The notes under the pieces are model-generated. The model saw only the letters and a program-made list of their open reading frames with translations, did not search any database and was not told the DNA's origin. DNA of 31,799 bases from Candidatus Sulfobium sp. (GTDB lineage: Bacteria; Nitrospirota; Thermodesulfovibrionia; Thermodesulfovibrionales; UBA6898): contig JARRRI010000031.1 of the NCBI GenBank assembly GCA_037380845.1, positions 1-31,799 on the forward strand, given 5' to 3'. A program made the translations under genes and the position numbers. Within the stretch, counting starts at the first letter, position 1. Each line of letters starts with the position of its first letter. Below, one piece after another: positions 6,482 through 16,222 of this stretch.

Positions 6482-9118
6482 GTGGAAATCATTACCTGCC
6501 ACATAAATGCAGATTTCGACTCCCTTGCCTCGATGATCGCGGCAAAGAAGATTTATCCCCGTGCCTCACTGGTTTTCCCCGGCTCACAGGAGCGCAAGGT
6601 GCGCGATTTTATCGAAGTGTTCGATCCGGCGGAGATAAAACGTCTGAAGGATATTGAGCCGGCGAAGACCGCGAGACTTGTCATAGTGGACGCAAAACAG
6701 CCCGACAGGATCGGACCTCTGGCTGAACTGCTCTCTGTCAAAGGACTCAGGATCCATATCTACGACCATCATCCCCCCGAGGAAAACGATATCAAGGGCG
6801 AGCTGGTAAAGATCGAGGAAGTAGGCGCCACTGCTACGATCTTTACCGAGATGCTGAAGGAAAGGAGACTCCACCCGACCCCGATGGAAGCGACCGTCCT
6901 CGCACTGGGCATATACGAGGAAACAGGGTCTCTGCTTTTCCCCTCCACAACAGAGAGGGACCTTCAGGCCGTCTCGTACCTTTTGAAGAGGGGCGCCAAT
7001 CTGAACATAGTCTCCAGTTACATGAAGACGGAGCTGAACGTGGAAGAACTGGACCTGCTCAACGAGCTTGTAAAGTCGTCCACGGAGATTGTGATGAGGG
7101 GCATACGGATCGTCATAGCGAAGGCCTCGCGCGAATTTTATGTGGGGGATGCCGCACATCTGGCCCAGCGAATAATGGAAATGGAAGATATCGACGCCCT
7201 GGTGCTTCTTCTGGACATGGAAGGCAAGATACTCATCATCGCCAGGAGCCGGGCGCCCGAACTGGACGTTTCGGAACTGGCTAAGGAGTTCGGGGGAGGA
7301 GGACATCCCAGCGCGGCCTCCGCAACCATCAAGGAGGCTTCCCTGGAGGTCGTGGCGGACAGGATAAAGGCCTTGCTGCCGCTCCATGTAAAGCCCGGCA
7401 AGGTCGCTTCCGACATTATGAACAGTCCGGTGATCGCCATACAGTGGGACAGATCCATAAAGGAGGCGGAGGAGACCATGACGAAATACGGTGTGAACGT
7501 GCTCCCCATCCTCAAGGACGACGAGTATGCCGGACTCATTTCGAGGGAGATTATCGAGAAGGCGCTTTTTCACGGGTTCAGAAAAAACAAGTGCATAGAA
7601 TTCTCGACCTCCGATGCGGTCACAGTCGGGCCGGACACCCCCATTAGGGACATCGAAACTGTGATGATAGAGCAGAACCAGCGGTTCATGCCCGTCCTGG
7701 AAAAGGAAAAGATAGTAGGGGCGATCACCAGGACGGACCTCCTGAGGGTCCTCTACGAGGAGTTCCTCCGGAAGAGGCAGATCGACAAGGAAGACACCAC
7801 CGAGAGGACATCCCCCGGAAGGAACCTCGCCTCCTGGCTCAGGGAGAGGTTCCCGGAAAAGGTGTACAGGACCCTCAAGGCCGCCGGTGAAACAGCGGAG
7901 CGCATGGGGTTCAACAGCTATCTGGTGGGGGGGTCGGTAAGGGACCTGCTCCTGGGCCAGGAAAATCTTGACATCGACATCGTGGTAGAGGGCGATGCTA
8001 TCCGTTTTGCCAGGGAACTGGCCGGCCAGCTTCAGGCGAAGGTCCGCTCGCATCACCGGTTCGGCACCGCCCACCTCAGCACGGAAGGGCTTGAACTTGA
8101 CGTCGCGACCGCCAGGACCGAATATTATGAATCCCCCGCCGCCCTCCCCAAGGTCGAGACCTCATCTATAAAGCGGGACCTGTACCGGAGGGACTTCACC
8201 ATCAATACCCTGGCCGTGAAGCTCAATCCGAGGGACTTCGGGCAGCTGATCGATTTCTTCGGGGGCCAGCGGGACCTGAGGGAAAAGACGATCCGTGTGC
8301 TCCATAACCTCAGCTATGTCGAAGACCCCACGCGGGCGTTCCGCGCTATCCGGTTCTCTGAAAGGTTCGGCTTCAAACTGAGCAAGCATACCGAAAACCT
8401 GATAAAATCAGCCATACAGATGAACCTGTTCGGGATGCTCTCGGGGTCAAGGCTATACGACGAGCTCATGCTGGCATTCAACGAAACAAACCCGGTGCGG
8501 ACGCTTCGGAGGCTTGCGGACTTCGGACTCCTGAAGGTGATACACAGGGACCTCAGGTTCGACGAAAGACTGGAAATGACCCTCGCCTCGATGTATGAGA
8601 CGATCGCCTGGTACAACCTGCTTTACCTGGAAGAGAAAGTGGACGCCGGGATACTTTACCTTATGGCCCTCCTCTCAAACCTTCCCGATACGGGGAGAAA
8701 AGAGGCCCTTGACAGGCTGTCCGCGCCTCCCCGGGGCAGGAAGGTCATCGTCAAAAGCATGAGCCAGTCGGGCGAAATTCTCAGGCGGCTCCCCCTCCAC
8801 GACCCCGCCGCGATCTACCATCTCCTGAAGAATGTGGACACCGAGATCATCCTGTTCTCCATGGCACTCACCCAGGATACGGAAAAGAAAAAGGAGATAT
8901 CAAGATACCTGGTGGAGATGAGGAAGACCGGCCCTCTTCTGAAAGGCAGGGACCTGCTGAAGTTCGGCATCCCGCAGGGACCGGTATACTCGAAGATACT
9001 GAACGATCTGCTGGAGGCCCAGCTCAGGGGGGAGGTAAAGACCGTGGAAGACGAGAAGAATTTTGTGCGTGAGCGCTACCTGAAAAAACAGCCGAAAGAC
9101 CACCCGGGAAAAACATGA
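6482..9118 (+). CDS. DHH/DHHA1-CBS-tRNA nucleotidyltransferase (A-adding or CCA-adding enzyme)
   Basis: HINADFD, YDHH and GGGGH (DHH/DHHA1); CBS pair; LVGGSVRD, DIDIV, RRDFTIN and EDPTR motifs of class II nucleotidyltransferases. Confidence 0.92.
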   Translation: MEIITCHINADFDSLASMIAAKKIYPRASLVFPGSQERKVRDFIEVFDPAEIKRLKDIEPAKTARLVIVDAKQPDRIGPLAELLSVKGLRIHIYDHHPPEENDIKGELVKIEEVGATATIFTEMLKERRLHPTPMEATVLALGIYEETGSLLFPSTTERDLQAVSYLLKRGANLNIVSSYMKTELNVEELDLLNELVKSSTEIVMRGIRIVIAKASREFYVGDAAHLAQRIMEMEDIDALVLLLDMEGKILIIARSRAPELDVSELAKEFGGGGHPSAASATIKEASLEVVADRIKALLPLHVKPGKVASDIMNSPVIAIQWDRSIKEAEETMTKYGVNVLPILKDDEYAGLISREIIEKALFHGFRKNKCIEFSTSDAVTVGPDTPIRDIETVMIEQNQRFMPVLEKEKIVGAITRTDLLRVLYEEFLRKRQIDKEDTTERTSPGRNLASWLRERFPEKVYRTLKAAGETAERMGFNSYLVGGSVRDLLLGQENLDIDIVVEGDAIRFARELAGQLQAKVRSHHRFGTAHLSTEGLELDVATARTEYYESPAALPKVETSSIKRDLYRRDFTINTLAVKLNPRDFGQLIDFFGGQRDLREKTIRVLHNLSYVEDPTRAFRAIRFSERFGFKLSKHTENLIKSAIQMNLFGMLSGSRLYDELMLAFNETNPVRTLRRLADFGLLKVIHRDLRFDERLEMTLASMYETIAWYNLLYLEEKVDAGILYLMALLSNLPDTGRKEALDRLSAPPRGRKVIVKSMSQSGEILRRLPLHDPAAIYHLLKNVDTEIILFSMALTQDTEKKKEISRYLVEMRKTGPLLKGRDLLKFGIPQGPVYSKILNDLLEAQLRGEVKTVEDEKNFVRERYLKKQPKDHPGKT

Positions 9119-9799
9119 TTATTCCTCCCTCACCCTGGCCGCTTCTACTCTTACCATGGCTGTCCCCTGGTCATACATCCCCAGCTTCTTTGCCGCGCCC
9201 ATGCTGAGATCGATAATCCTCTTGCCGGCCTCCGGGTTCTCGTCGCAGGGGAAAGGCCCGCGGTCGTTCACCCTCACTATAACAGAGCGTCCGTTTTCGA
9301 GATTCACCACCCTGACGTACATGGGAAGAGGCAAATATTTATGGGCCGCAGTCAGCCCGGACGGTTCGAATGCCTCTCCGTCAGCAGTCATGTGCCCCCC
9401 GCTTCTGCGTCTGGTCTCATAGCCGTACCAGGATGCGATGCCTGTCTCCCTGTAATGCTCTGCCTTTTCAACGGACATGGGCAAATATCTCCTACCACGG
9501 ACCGTATACGGAAAATTCTTTACACGGCCCAGGCGGATTGCCTCTTTCGGCGGAAGGCCGTCAATTTCCTGGAAATCATGTGTCAACGGCCACTCAAGCG
9601 GCGCCTTTACAACCTCATACGTGAATTTGCCGATCCTGTAAACAGTCTTCGTGCCGGCGGCCGTTACAGTATAACCGGTCTTCACGACCCAGACGCTGCC
9701 ATTCACGGCGCCTTTTGTAACGTCATACGGGGCGGTTATCAGAACACAGCCTGCAGAGAGAAGAAAGAGAACGGCCGGGAGGAAGAACTTCAGCCTCAT
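9119..9799 (-). CDS. rlpA: RlpA-family lytic transglycosylase lipoprotein
   Basis: Lipobox LSAGC; GIASWYG, TAAHKYLP, VRVNDRGPF and RIIDLS motifs. Confidence 0.9.
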   Translation of the reverse strand: MRLKFFLPAVLFLLSAGCVLITAPYDVTKGAVNGSVWVVKTGYTVTAAGTKTVYRIGKFTYEVVKAPLEWPLTHDFQEIDGLPPKEAIRLGRVKNFPYTVRGRRYLPMSVEKAEHYRETGIASWYGYETRRRSGGHMTADGEAFEPSGLTAAHKYLPLPMYVRVVNLENGRSVIVRVNDRGPFPCDENPEAGKRIIDLSMGAAKKLGMYDQGTAMVRVEAARVREE

Positions 9800-10485
9800 T
9801 TATTCAGATCGCCGGAGAAGAATGAGGAGTTGAGGCGTATAAGCCTGTTCTTAAGGACAGCCACCTCGCCGTCCTTCTGAAGTCTGTCAAGGACCCTGGT
9901 GACCGTCTCACGGGTAAGACCCGCCATGTCGGCGATATCCTGATGGGTAAGCTTGTAATTAATGACCAGGCCGTCTGCCGTCTTTTCACCGTTGTTGTAG
10001 GAAAGGATGATCAAAAGCATTTTTACCCTCTGTATCGCGTTCTTGGAATTCAGAATATGTATCCTCTTCCAGGATTCGCGCAGCCTTCCGCACAGGATAT
10101 GAAGTAATGTGTCCAAAACCTTCGCCTGGTTCAGAAGGAGGGAGTAAAAGTCATTCTTCGAGATAATGGCCACGAGCGAATTTTCAATCGCCAGGACGGT
10201 CGCAGGCGAGGTCTTGCCGTCTATAAGGGACACCTCGCCAAAAAACTCCTCGGAGCGGTGTATGGCGAGGATTATTTCCTTCCCCTCCTCGGTCGCTTTG
10301 ACCACCTTTACCTTGCCGAACAGGATCACGTACATGAAATCATTGGTGTCTTCTTCATGGAGGATGACCTCATTTTTTGAAAACTCCTTGATGACCACCT
10401 TGGTGCTGATCTCCATGAGTTCTTCATCTGTAAGGGAATGGAAGAGGGGAATACTCCTCAGGAAGTCAATTTTTACATTTTCCAT
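9796..10485 (-). CDS. Crp/Fnr-family transcriptional regulator
   Basis: cNMP-binding-like domain (FFGEVSL) and HTH THQDIADMAGLTRETVTRVL. Confidence 0.92.
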   Translation of the reverse strand: MENVKIDFLRSIPLFHSLTDEELMEISTKVVIKEFSKNEVILHEEDTNDFMYVILFGKVKVVKATEEGKEIILAIHRSEEFFGEVSLIDGKTSPATVLAIENSLVAIISKNDFYSLLLNQAKVLDTLLHILCGRLRESWKRIHILNSKNAIQRVKMLLIILSYNNGEKTADGLVINYKLTHQDIADMAGLTRETVTRVLDRLQKDGEVAVLKNRLIRLNSSFFSGDLNK

Positions 10486-10592
10486 GACAACACCTGCGCG
10501 AACCCCTTGTACTTTCTCTTGATCTCGCGGATGCTCGCCCGGACGTTGACAGTCCCGGGACAGAGCAAATATCTGTTAAAAAGGTATCCCAT
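10473..10592 (-). CDS. candidate 39-aa small ORF overlapping the crp start
   Basis: AAGGGGGG RBS + ATG; MGYLFNRYLLCPGTVNVRASIREIKRKYKGFAQVLSWKM; host-like codons. Confidence 0.35.
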   Translation of the reverse strand: MGYLFNRYLLCPGTVNVRASIREIKRKYKGFAQVLSWKM

Positions 10593-10904
10593 ACCCCCCT
10601 TTTTGGCCGAAGGAAGATATAACTCCTCTCCTGCACACGCGGGGCGACCCTCTGCGGAGACCTGCTCCCGGCGGGATGAGGAAAAAATCTCCGGATATTG
10701 TCTGTTCAATTTGAGACCCCTCAAATATCAGTCGTCCCGGGGCCACGCCGGGCTGACTCATCGCGGCGGGACCTTCTCATCCACAAAAATTCCTGAGCCA
10801 CCAACATCGCCGCTGTCATTAGAAAGATTACTGCAAAATGCCGGAGAATGTAAACCGTTCGGGACGTTTTGCCCGCAGGAAAAGGCGCCTTTATGGAAAT
10901 CCGG

Positions 10905-10947
10905 CGTGATTTTGATCACATCAATTCCTGTTTTCAGGATGTAATCT
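10905..10947 (+). promoter_or_regulatory. CRP-type site and -10 element upstream of the sigma factor
   Basis: CGTGA-N6-TCACA (10905-10920) and TAATCT (10942-10947), the same spacing as the 994/1031 promoter. Confidence 0.65.
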
Positions 10948-10979
10948 AGGTATATCCGAAATTCGAAAGGGAGGGGAAC

Positions 10980-12305
10980 ATGAGACTTATCGATTCAACG
11001 GAAGATCTTCCGGAGGCCGGCATCGCATCCTCCTGTGTCGTGGCCGATCTGGTTGCCCCGGGGTTTTTTCCGCCGACTGAGCCGGAAGATGTCGATGACC
11101 TTCTCGCGGACACCGCAACAAAGTCCGGCGATTATAAGTACACCGGAGTTCGCTCAAAAGAACAGCGGGGGACAGAAAATTCCGAGAGAACGGAAGACCT
11201 CGTCCAGACTTACTTCCATTCAATGGGCAACATCTCGATCCTTACAAGGGACGAGGAGGTAGAACTCGCCAGGAAGCTCGAAAGTGGAAGGGAGACTATC
11301 AGGGAGGTCATCTCTGCAGTCCCTCTTTACGGGGTCATAACCGAGAGACTGCAGCCAGATGAAAACACCGGGGACGAGTCCGAAGATGACAGGGCCCTGG
11401 AGATGACTCTTGATATCCTCGGCGGTCTCGTCGGCGAGGTTGAGGCAGCCAAAGCGGAAGGCGACGGGGGCTGCCCGGGGAAGGAACTCGAAAGAAGGTT
11501 TGAATCTGTCGCCGGACTGACGATGAAGGACGTCCTTGACAGGTGGGAGACGGTCAAGGCAGCGCGTGCACAAGTGACGGAAGCCAGGAATGAATTGGTT
11601 TCGAGAAACCTCAGACTTGTAGTGAATATCGCCAAGAATTATGTAGGCAGGGGGCTTCCGCTTCTGGACCTGATACAGGAAGGCAATATCGGCCTCATGA
11701 GGGTAGTAGATAAATTCAAGCACGAAAAGGGCTTCAAGTTCAGCACTTACGCAACATGGTGGATCAGGCAGGCTATAACGCGTGCGATCATCGACCAGAC
11801 AAAGACCGTCAGGGTGCCGGTACACATTGTAGAGCTCTACAACAAGGTGTCCAGAACGTCAGTTGAAATGGCACAGGAACTGGGCAGAGAGCCGAGCGAC
11901 CAGGAAGTGGGGGAACAGATCGGGGTGTCCGAAAGGCGGATAGCCGAAATCCGGTCGGCTGTGAAAGACACTGTGGCCCTTCAGACGCCGGTCGGAGAAG
12001 AAGATGGAGGAGTACTGGAAGACTTCCTCGCCGACAGGAACGCCGCTTCCCCATATGCAGACGCGGAGAAAAAGGAGTTGTCGAGACGTATTGTCAAGAT
12101 CCTGAAAACACTCAAACCGAAAGAAGAGGAAGTGATCAGGATGAGATTCGGCATAGGAGTCGACAGGGACCACACACTGGAAGAAGTGGGGAAACGCCTG
12201 CTGATTACGAGGGAGAGGGTAAGGCAGATCGAGGCGCAGGCCCTGAGAAAGCTGAGACATCCGGTGAAACTCGGTATTTTGAGCGAATGTCCCCGCGATC
12301 TATAG
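10980..12305 (+). CDS. RpoD/SigA-like sigma70 factor (probable paralog without canonical region 1.1)
   Basis: Region 1.2 (DLVQTYFHSMG), region 2 (NLRLVV...DLIQEGNIGL...FSTYATWWIRQ), region 4 (HTLEEVG...RERVRQIEAQALRKLRHP); GGAGGG RBS. Confidence 0.92.
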   Translation: MRLIDSTEDLPEAGIASSCVVADLVAPGFFPPTEPEDVDDLLADTATKSGDYKYTGVRSKEQRGTENSERTEDLVQTYFHSMGNISILTRDEEVELARKLESGRETIREVISAVPLYGVITERLQPDENTGDESEDDRALEMTLDILGGLVGEVEAAKAEGDGGCPGKELERRFESVAGLTMKDVLDRWETVKAARAQVTEARNELVSRNLRLVVNIAKNYVGRGLPLLDLIQEGNIGLMRVVDKFKHEKGFKFSTYATWWIRQAITRAIIDQTKTVRVPVHIVELYNKVSRTSVEMAQELGREPSDQEVGEQIGVSERRIAEIRSAVKDTVALQTPVGEEDGGVLEDFLADRNAASPYADAEKKELSRRIVKILKTLKPKEEEVIRMRFGIGVDRDHTLEEVGKRLLITRERVRQIEAQALRKLRHPVKLGILSECPRDL

Positions 12306-12328
12306 AGGTCGGGAACATTATTCTCGCT

Positions 12329-12392
12329 CGTCATTCCGGGGCAGTAATCGGGGAGCCGGGTTTAGTCGGGCAGCGTACGCCCGAGCGCTGAC
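12329..12392. repeat. GTCATTCC-type palindromic intergenic repeat (copy 1, degenerate)
   Basis: Begins CGTCATTCCGG, has internal hairpins and ends TGAC; lies between convergent genes. Confidence 0.4.
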
Positions 12393-12407
12393 CAAGGCGG
12401 AAAGCGA

Positions 12408-13037
12408 TCAGAAATCAGTCCCTTCCGGCCGTTTCCCGGTTTGTTTGGGCTTGCCTTCCAGGCGCTCGATGATATCTTTTTCCTCGGTGTTCAGCCTGGA
12501 TACTTCATCGTTGAATTTCTTGATCCTCTTGTCGAGATCGGAGGCACGGCCGGAGAGTTCGTTATACTGTTTCTCGGTCATCCAGTCCGGGGCCTTGTCC
12601 ATATCTGTCTTAAGCTGCTGCCTGGTCTTCAGCAGCCTTGCACGCTCCTCCTGAAGTTCACTTTTCCTCTTCCTTATCTCTGTGAGCTTATTCTCCAGGT
12701 CTTTTCGGGGTGATGCGACGTCGGGCCGTCCATCCTCTTCAGCGGCCCCGGCCTTCCCTGATACGCTCTCGCCGGACGGCTCCCCCGTGGACATTTCCCC
12801 GCCGGAAGCAGCCCGGCCTTCGCGAATTTTCTCCATCTCGGAGACATTATCCTTATCTATGGTAAAGAAACCGCCGCCCCTCGAACATACCAGTTCTCCG
12901 GCCTTTTCCTGACAGCTTTCAGCCGTGATGCTCCTTCCGTTATTGAGAATGATTTTGACATCGGAAAGGACGGGCGCGGGGAGCATAATGCAGACCGCGA
13001 AGGAAACACCGGCGAGCAGCTTATTTGGAAACACCAT
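12408..13037 (-). CDS. exported coiled-coil protein, unknown function
   Basis: Signal peptide, then VKIILNNG beta-domain, low-complexity linker and K/E-rich coiled coil; overlaps the end of the upstream gene. Confidence 0.75.
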   Translation of the reverse strand: MVFPNKLLAGVSFAVCIMLPAPVLSDVKIILNNGRSITAESCQEKAGELVCSRGGGFFTIDKDNVSEMEKIREGRAASGGEMSTGEPSGESVSGKAGAAEEDGRPDVASPRKDLENKLTEIRKRKSELQEERARLLKTRQQLKTDMDKAPDWMTEKQYNELSGRASDLDKRIKKFNDEVSRLNTEEKDIIERLEGKPKQTGKRPEGTDF

Positions 13038-13839
13038 TAGTCGCGCTCTTCCCTTTGCCTGTGTGTTCGAGAACAAGCTTTATCAGTGCCTCCGCATCCT
13101 TCCCGCCCAGCAGTACAAAGCCGTCGGGCATGACCAGCGTGGGAGTTCCGGTAATATCAAGCTCCTTCGCCAGCCTGATATTATCGTCGACCACATGTGT
13201 GTCACAGTCAGGCGCAGGAACGGGCTTCTTTTCAAAATTCTCTTCAAGCAGCTGCAGCGATTTCTCGCAGACTATCGACTTCGCTTTTTCATAGGCGCCC
13301 TTGTGCATCGGCAACGGGAACATTTTCAACAGAAAAACGATATCTTTTCTCTCTTCCACCACCTTCTTCATCTCCCGATGAAGTCTCGCGCAGTATGGTC
13401 AATCGGGGTCGGTAAAAACGACCACCCTGTAACGTGCCTTGCTGTTCCCCATCACCAGTGCATTGTCCACGGGTATCCTGGAAACATCAACGTACCTTGC
13501 GGGCTGCGCCGACTGGAGTGTCTGGGCGGTCTTGTTGGAGGCGGTGTCTACTTCGAATATGGACCCTCCCACCACGTATTTCTTCGAAAAGCTGACGTAG
13601 AGAACCCCCTTTTTGCCCTGTTCGTCCACGGTGACCTGCCACAGCCCCTTGATGGGGCTCATTTTGATCCCCAGCACTTTAGCGTCGGAAGCGTGGAGTT
13701 TGGTCAGGATATGCCGGACCTCCGACATTTCTAGTGAATGGCACTTCTTGCAGTCAGCCTCGCATCCCCCGAAGGCAAACGCATTTCCGGAGAGCAGAAA
13801 GACCGAGAGGATAGAAATGACAAAAAACAATTTTTTCAT
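13021..13839 (-). CDS. DsbC/DsbG-like thiol:disulfide oxidoreductase selenoprotein (UPYC) with N-terminal CxxCH
   Basis: ORFs 13399-13839 and 13021-13371 are in frame across TGA(13401-13399), reading FTDPD-U-PYC. Signal peptide; ITGTPT cis-Pro loop; hairpin 15 nt after the UGA; tRNA-Sec is in the same window. Confidence 0.9.
13366..13383 (-). promoter_or_regulatory. putative bacterial SECIS element
   Basis: CTTCATC-GGGA-GATGAAG, a 7-bp stem with a G-rich apical loop, 15 nt 3' of the UGA. Confidence 0.75.
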
Positions 13840-13986
13840 CGATGCTTCTCCTTACGTGGCATTGGCAGCGGGCGAAAGGGGAATACCCTCTTGCCGGCCC
13901 GATTGTTAATTATATACCATCAGCAATACTATTTTCATGCAATCCCGGCATGGAACGGCCTTCAGGACGAACCTCGCCTTCCTTTT

Positions 13987-16116
13987 TTATCTCTTAACCC
14001 TGAGGACGCCTTCCATCTGGCTTATTTTCTGGATCACGGTATTGAACTGTGAGATATCCCTGACCTCCACAATAAAAGTGATATGTCCTTTCCTGTCCTG
14101 GGTGGATGTCGCTTCCAGGTGGTTGATGTTGATGTCAACCGATGAAATCAGGGCACTGAGGTTGGCCAGGATCCCGGGTTTGTCGATCGTCTCGACGAAT
14201 AGCCGGGCGTTGGCGGTCGCCTCGGGAGACGACTGCCATTCCACATCCACAAGGCGGGCATCCTCCACCACCAGCCTCTCCAGATTGGGACAATTCCTGC
14301 GATGTATCGTCACCCCTTTGCCCACCGTAACGAAGCCCACGAGACTGTCCCCTGGTATGGGATAACAGCACTTTGCAGTATGATACAGCACGTTGTCTAT
14401 GCCCTTGATGCTCACGCCCTTCTGTTCTTTGACCGGTTTCTTCAGCTTTACGGTCTCTGCCTCTTCCACCGGTCTTTCCGGCATCAGCCTGTTCACTACC
14501 TGATGCGGGGAGATCTTTCCGAACCCAACCGCCACATAGAGGTCTTCCACCGCATGCGTTCCCAGGGCCCTGGCGACATCCTGCATTTCGGCACTCTTGA
14601 TGAGAGAAACGTTAAGGTTATGCCGTCTCAGCTCAGCCTCCAGGAGTTTCACCCCGAGTTCGCTGCTCTGGTTTCTCTCTTCCGCCTTTATCCACTGTTT
14701 GATGCGCGTCCGGGCCCTCTGGGTCACTACAAATTTCAGCCAGTCCCTGCTTGGCGTATGGTTGGGGGAAGTGATAATCTCTATCGTGTCCCCGTTTTAC
14801 ATCTTGTATCTGAGCGGCACTATCTTGCCGTTTATCTTGGCCCCCACGCATTTGTGGCCGACCTGGGTATGGACCGTATATGCAAAGTCTACAGGTGTAG
14901 AGCCGATCGGCATCTCCTTTATCTCGCCCTTGGGAGTGAACACGTATACGACTTCAGGCACGACTTCTCCCTTCACGGCCTCCAGGAAGTCCATCGCATC
15001 GGGCACCTCCTTCTGTACCTGGACCAGGTCCCGGAGCCATGAGATATACTTGCTGCTCTTTTCGTCGAAGTCGCCCCTCTCCTTGTACTTCCAGTGGGAA
15101 GCTATTCCTTCTTCAGCTATCCTGTGCATCTCCTCCGTCCTGATCTGGAACTCAACTCTCTCGCCCTTGGGTCCTATAACGGTGGTATGCAGTGACTGGT
15201 ACATGTTGGACTTCGGAACACCTATGTAATCCTTGAACCTCCCCGGGATGGGTGTCCACAACGAGTGTATAAGTCCCAGTATGGCATAACAGTTTGCCTT
15301 GGTGTCGGTCAGTATCCTGAGGCCTATCACGTCGGAGACCTGATCGAAAGTGATCCTCTGCTTCTGCATCTTCTGATAGATGCCGTAATAATGTTTGACC
15401 CGGCCCGACACCTTTCCCGGCAGCCCCTCGGCCCTGAGCTTTTTCGTCACCAGTTCCCTCACCTCGTTCATATACCCTTCCTGCTCCTCCTTGCGCTTGG
15501 CTACCTTCCTGGCCAGCTCCTCATAAAGTTCGGGCATGAGATACCGGAAGCTCAGGTCTTCTAACTCCGTCCTCAGCCAGCCCATGCCGAGCCGGTTGGC
15601 CAGGGGGGCATATATCTCGAGGGTTTCCGCAGCTATCCTGAGCTGCTTGTACTGGGGAAGGTACTGAAGGGTCCGCATGTTGTGCAGCCTGTCCGCAAAC
15701 TTGATCAGTATAACCCTTACGTCTTCGGACATGGCGAGAAGCATCCTTCGGAAATTCTCGGCCTGGGCCTCCTTTTTTGTCTTGAACTCCATTTTTGAAA
15801 GCTTCGTCAGTGCCTTGACGATAAATGCGACTTCCCTGCCGAAAAGGTCCTCAATATTCTCAAGAGAAGCGCCGGTGTCCTCGATAGTGTCGTGCAACAG
15901 GCCTGCCGAGATGGAAGCGATGTCCATCTTCATGTCTGCAAGGGTATAAGCGACGGCAAGGGGATGCTTTATGAAGGGAGAACCTTCGCTTCTCTTCTGG
16001 CTGCAGTGGGCCTCCCTGGAAAATTGATAGGCGTTCTTCAATATCTCCAGGTTTTTCTCATGAGTGTAAACTCTGACCTTCTCCAGAAGGCCGCTTAGGG
16101 TGAAGATCTCCGGCAT
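13987..16116 (-). pseudogene. rel: long RelA/SpoT homolog (Rel) interrupted by in-frame TAA at 14799-14797
   Basis: HD hydrolase (LLHDTIED), synthetase (YQSLHT, EFQIRT), TGS, ZFD (KCCYPIPGD) and ACT domains lie in one frame, reading PLRYKM*NGDTIEIIT across the stop. Confidence 0.85.
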
Positions 16117-16222
16117 GCCCTATTATACACCGTGAAAAGGGATGGGGCGCAAAGTCGCACCCGGCAGACTATGCCGTAAACCCGTACGGTTGTCGGGAAG
16201 TTCGTCAGGTAAGGTACCGCGC

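Noticed and set aside
6584..8074. Long antisense ORFs (e.g. 496 aa at 6584-8074; also 12925-13734, 14302-15042, 24869-25615)
   Set aside because: Shadow ORFs opposite well-supported genes in GC-rich DNA, with no recognisable motifs.
14797..14799. Selenocysteine or pyrrolysine recoding in rel
   Set aside because: The codon is TAA and the position is not a Cys in this family.
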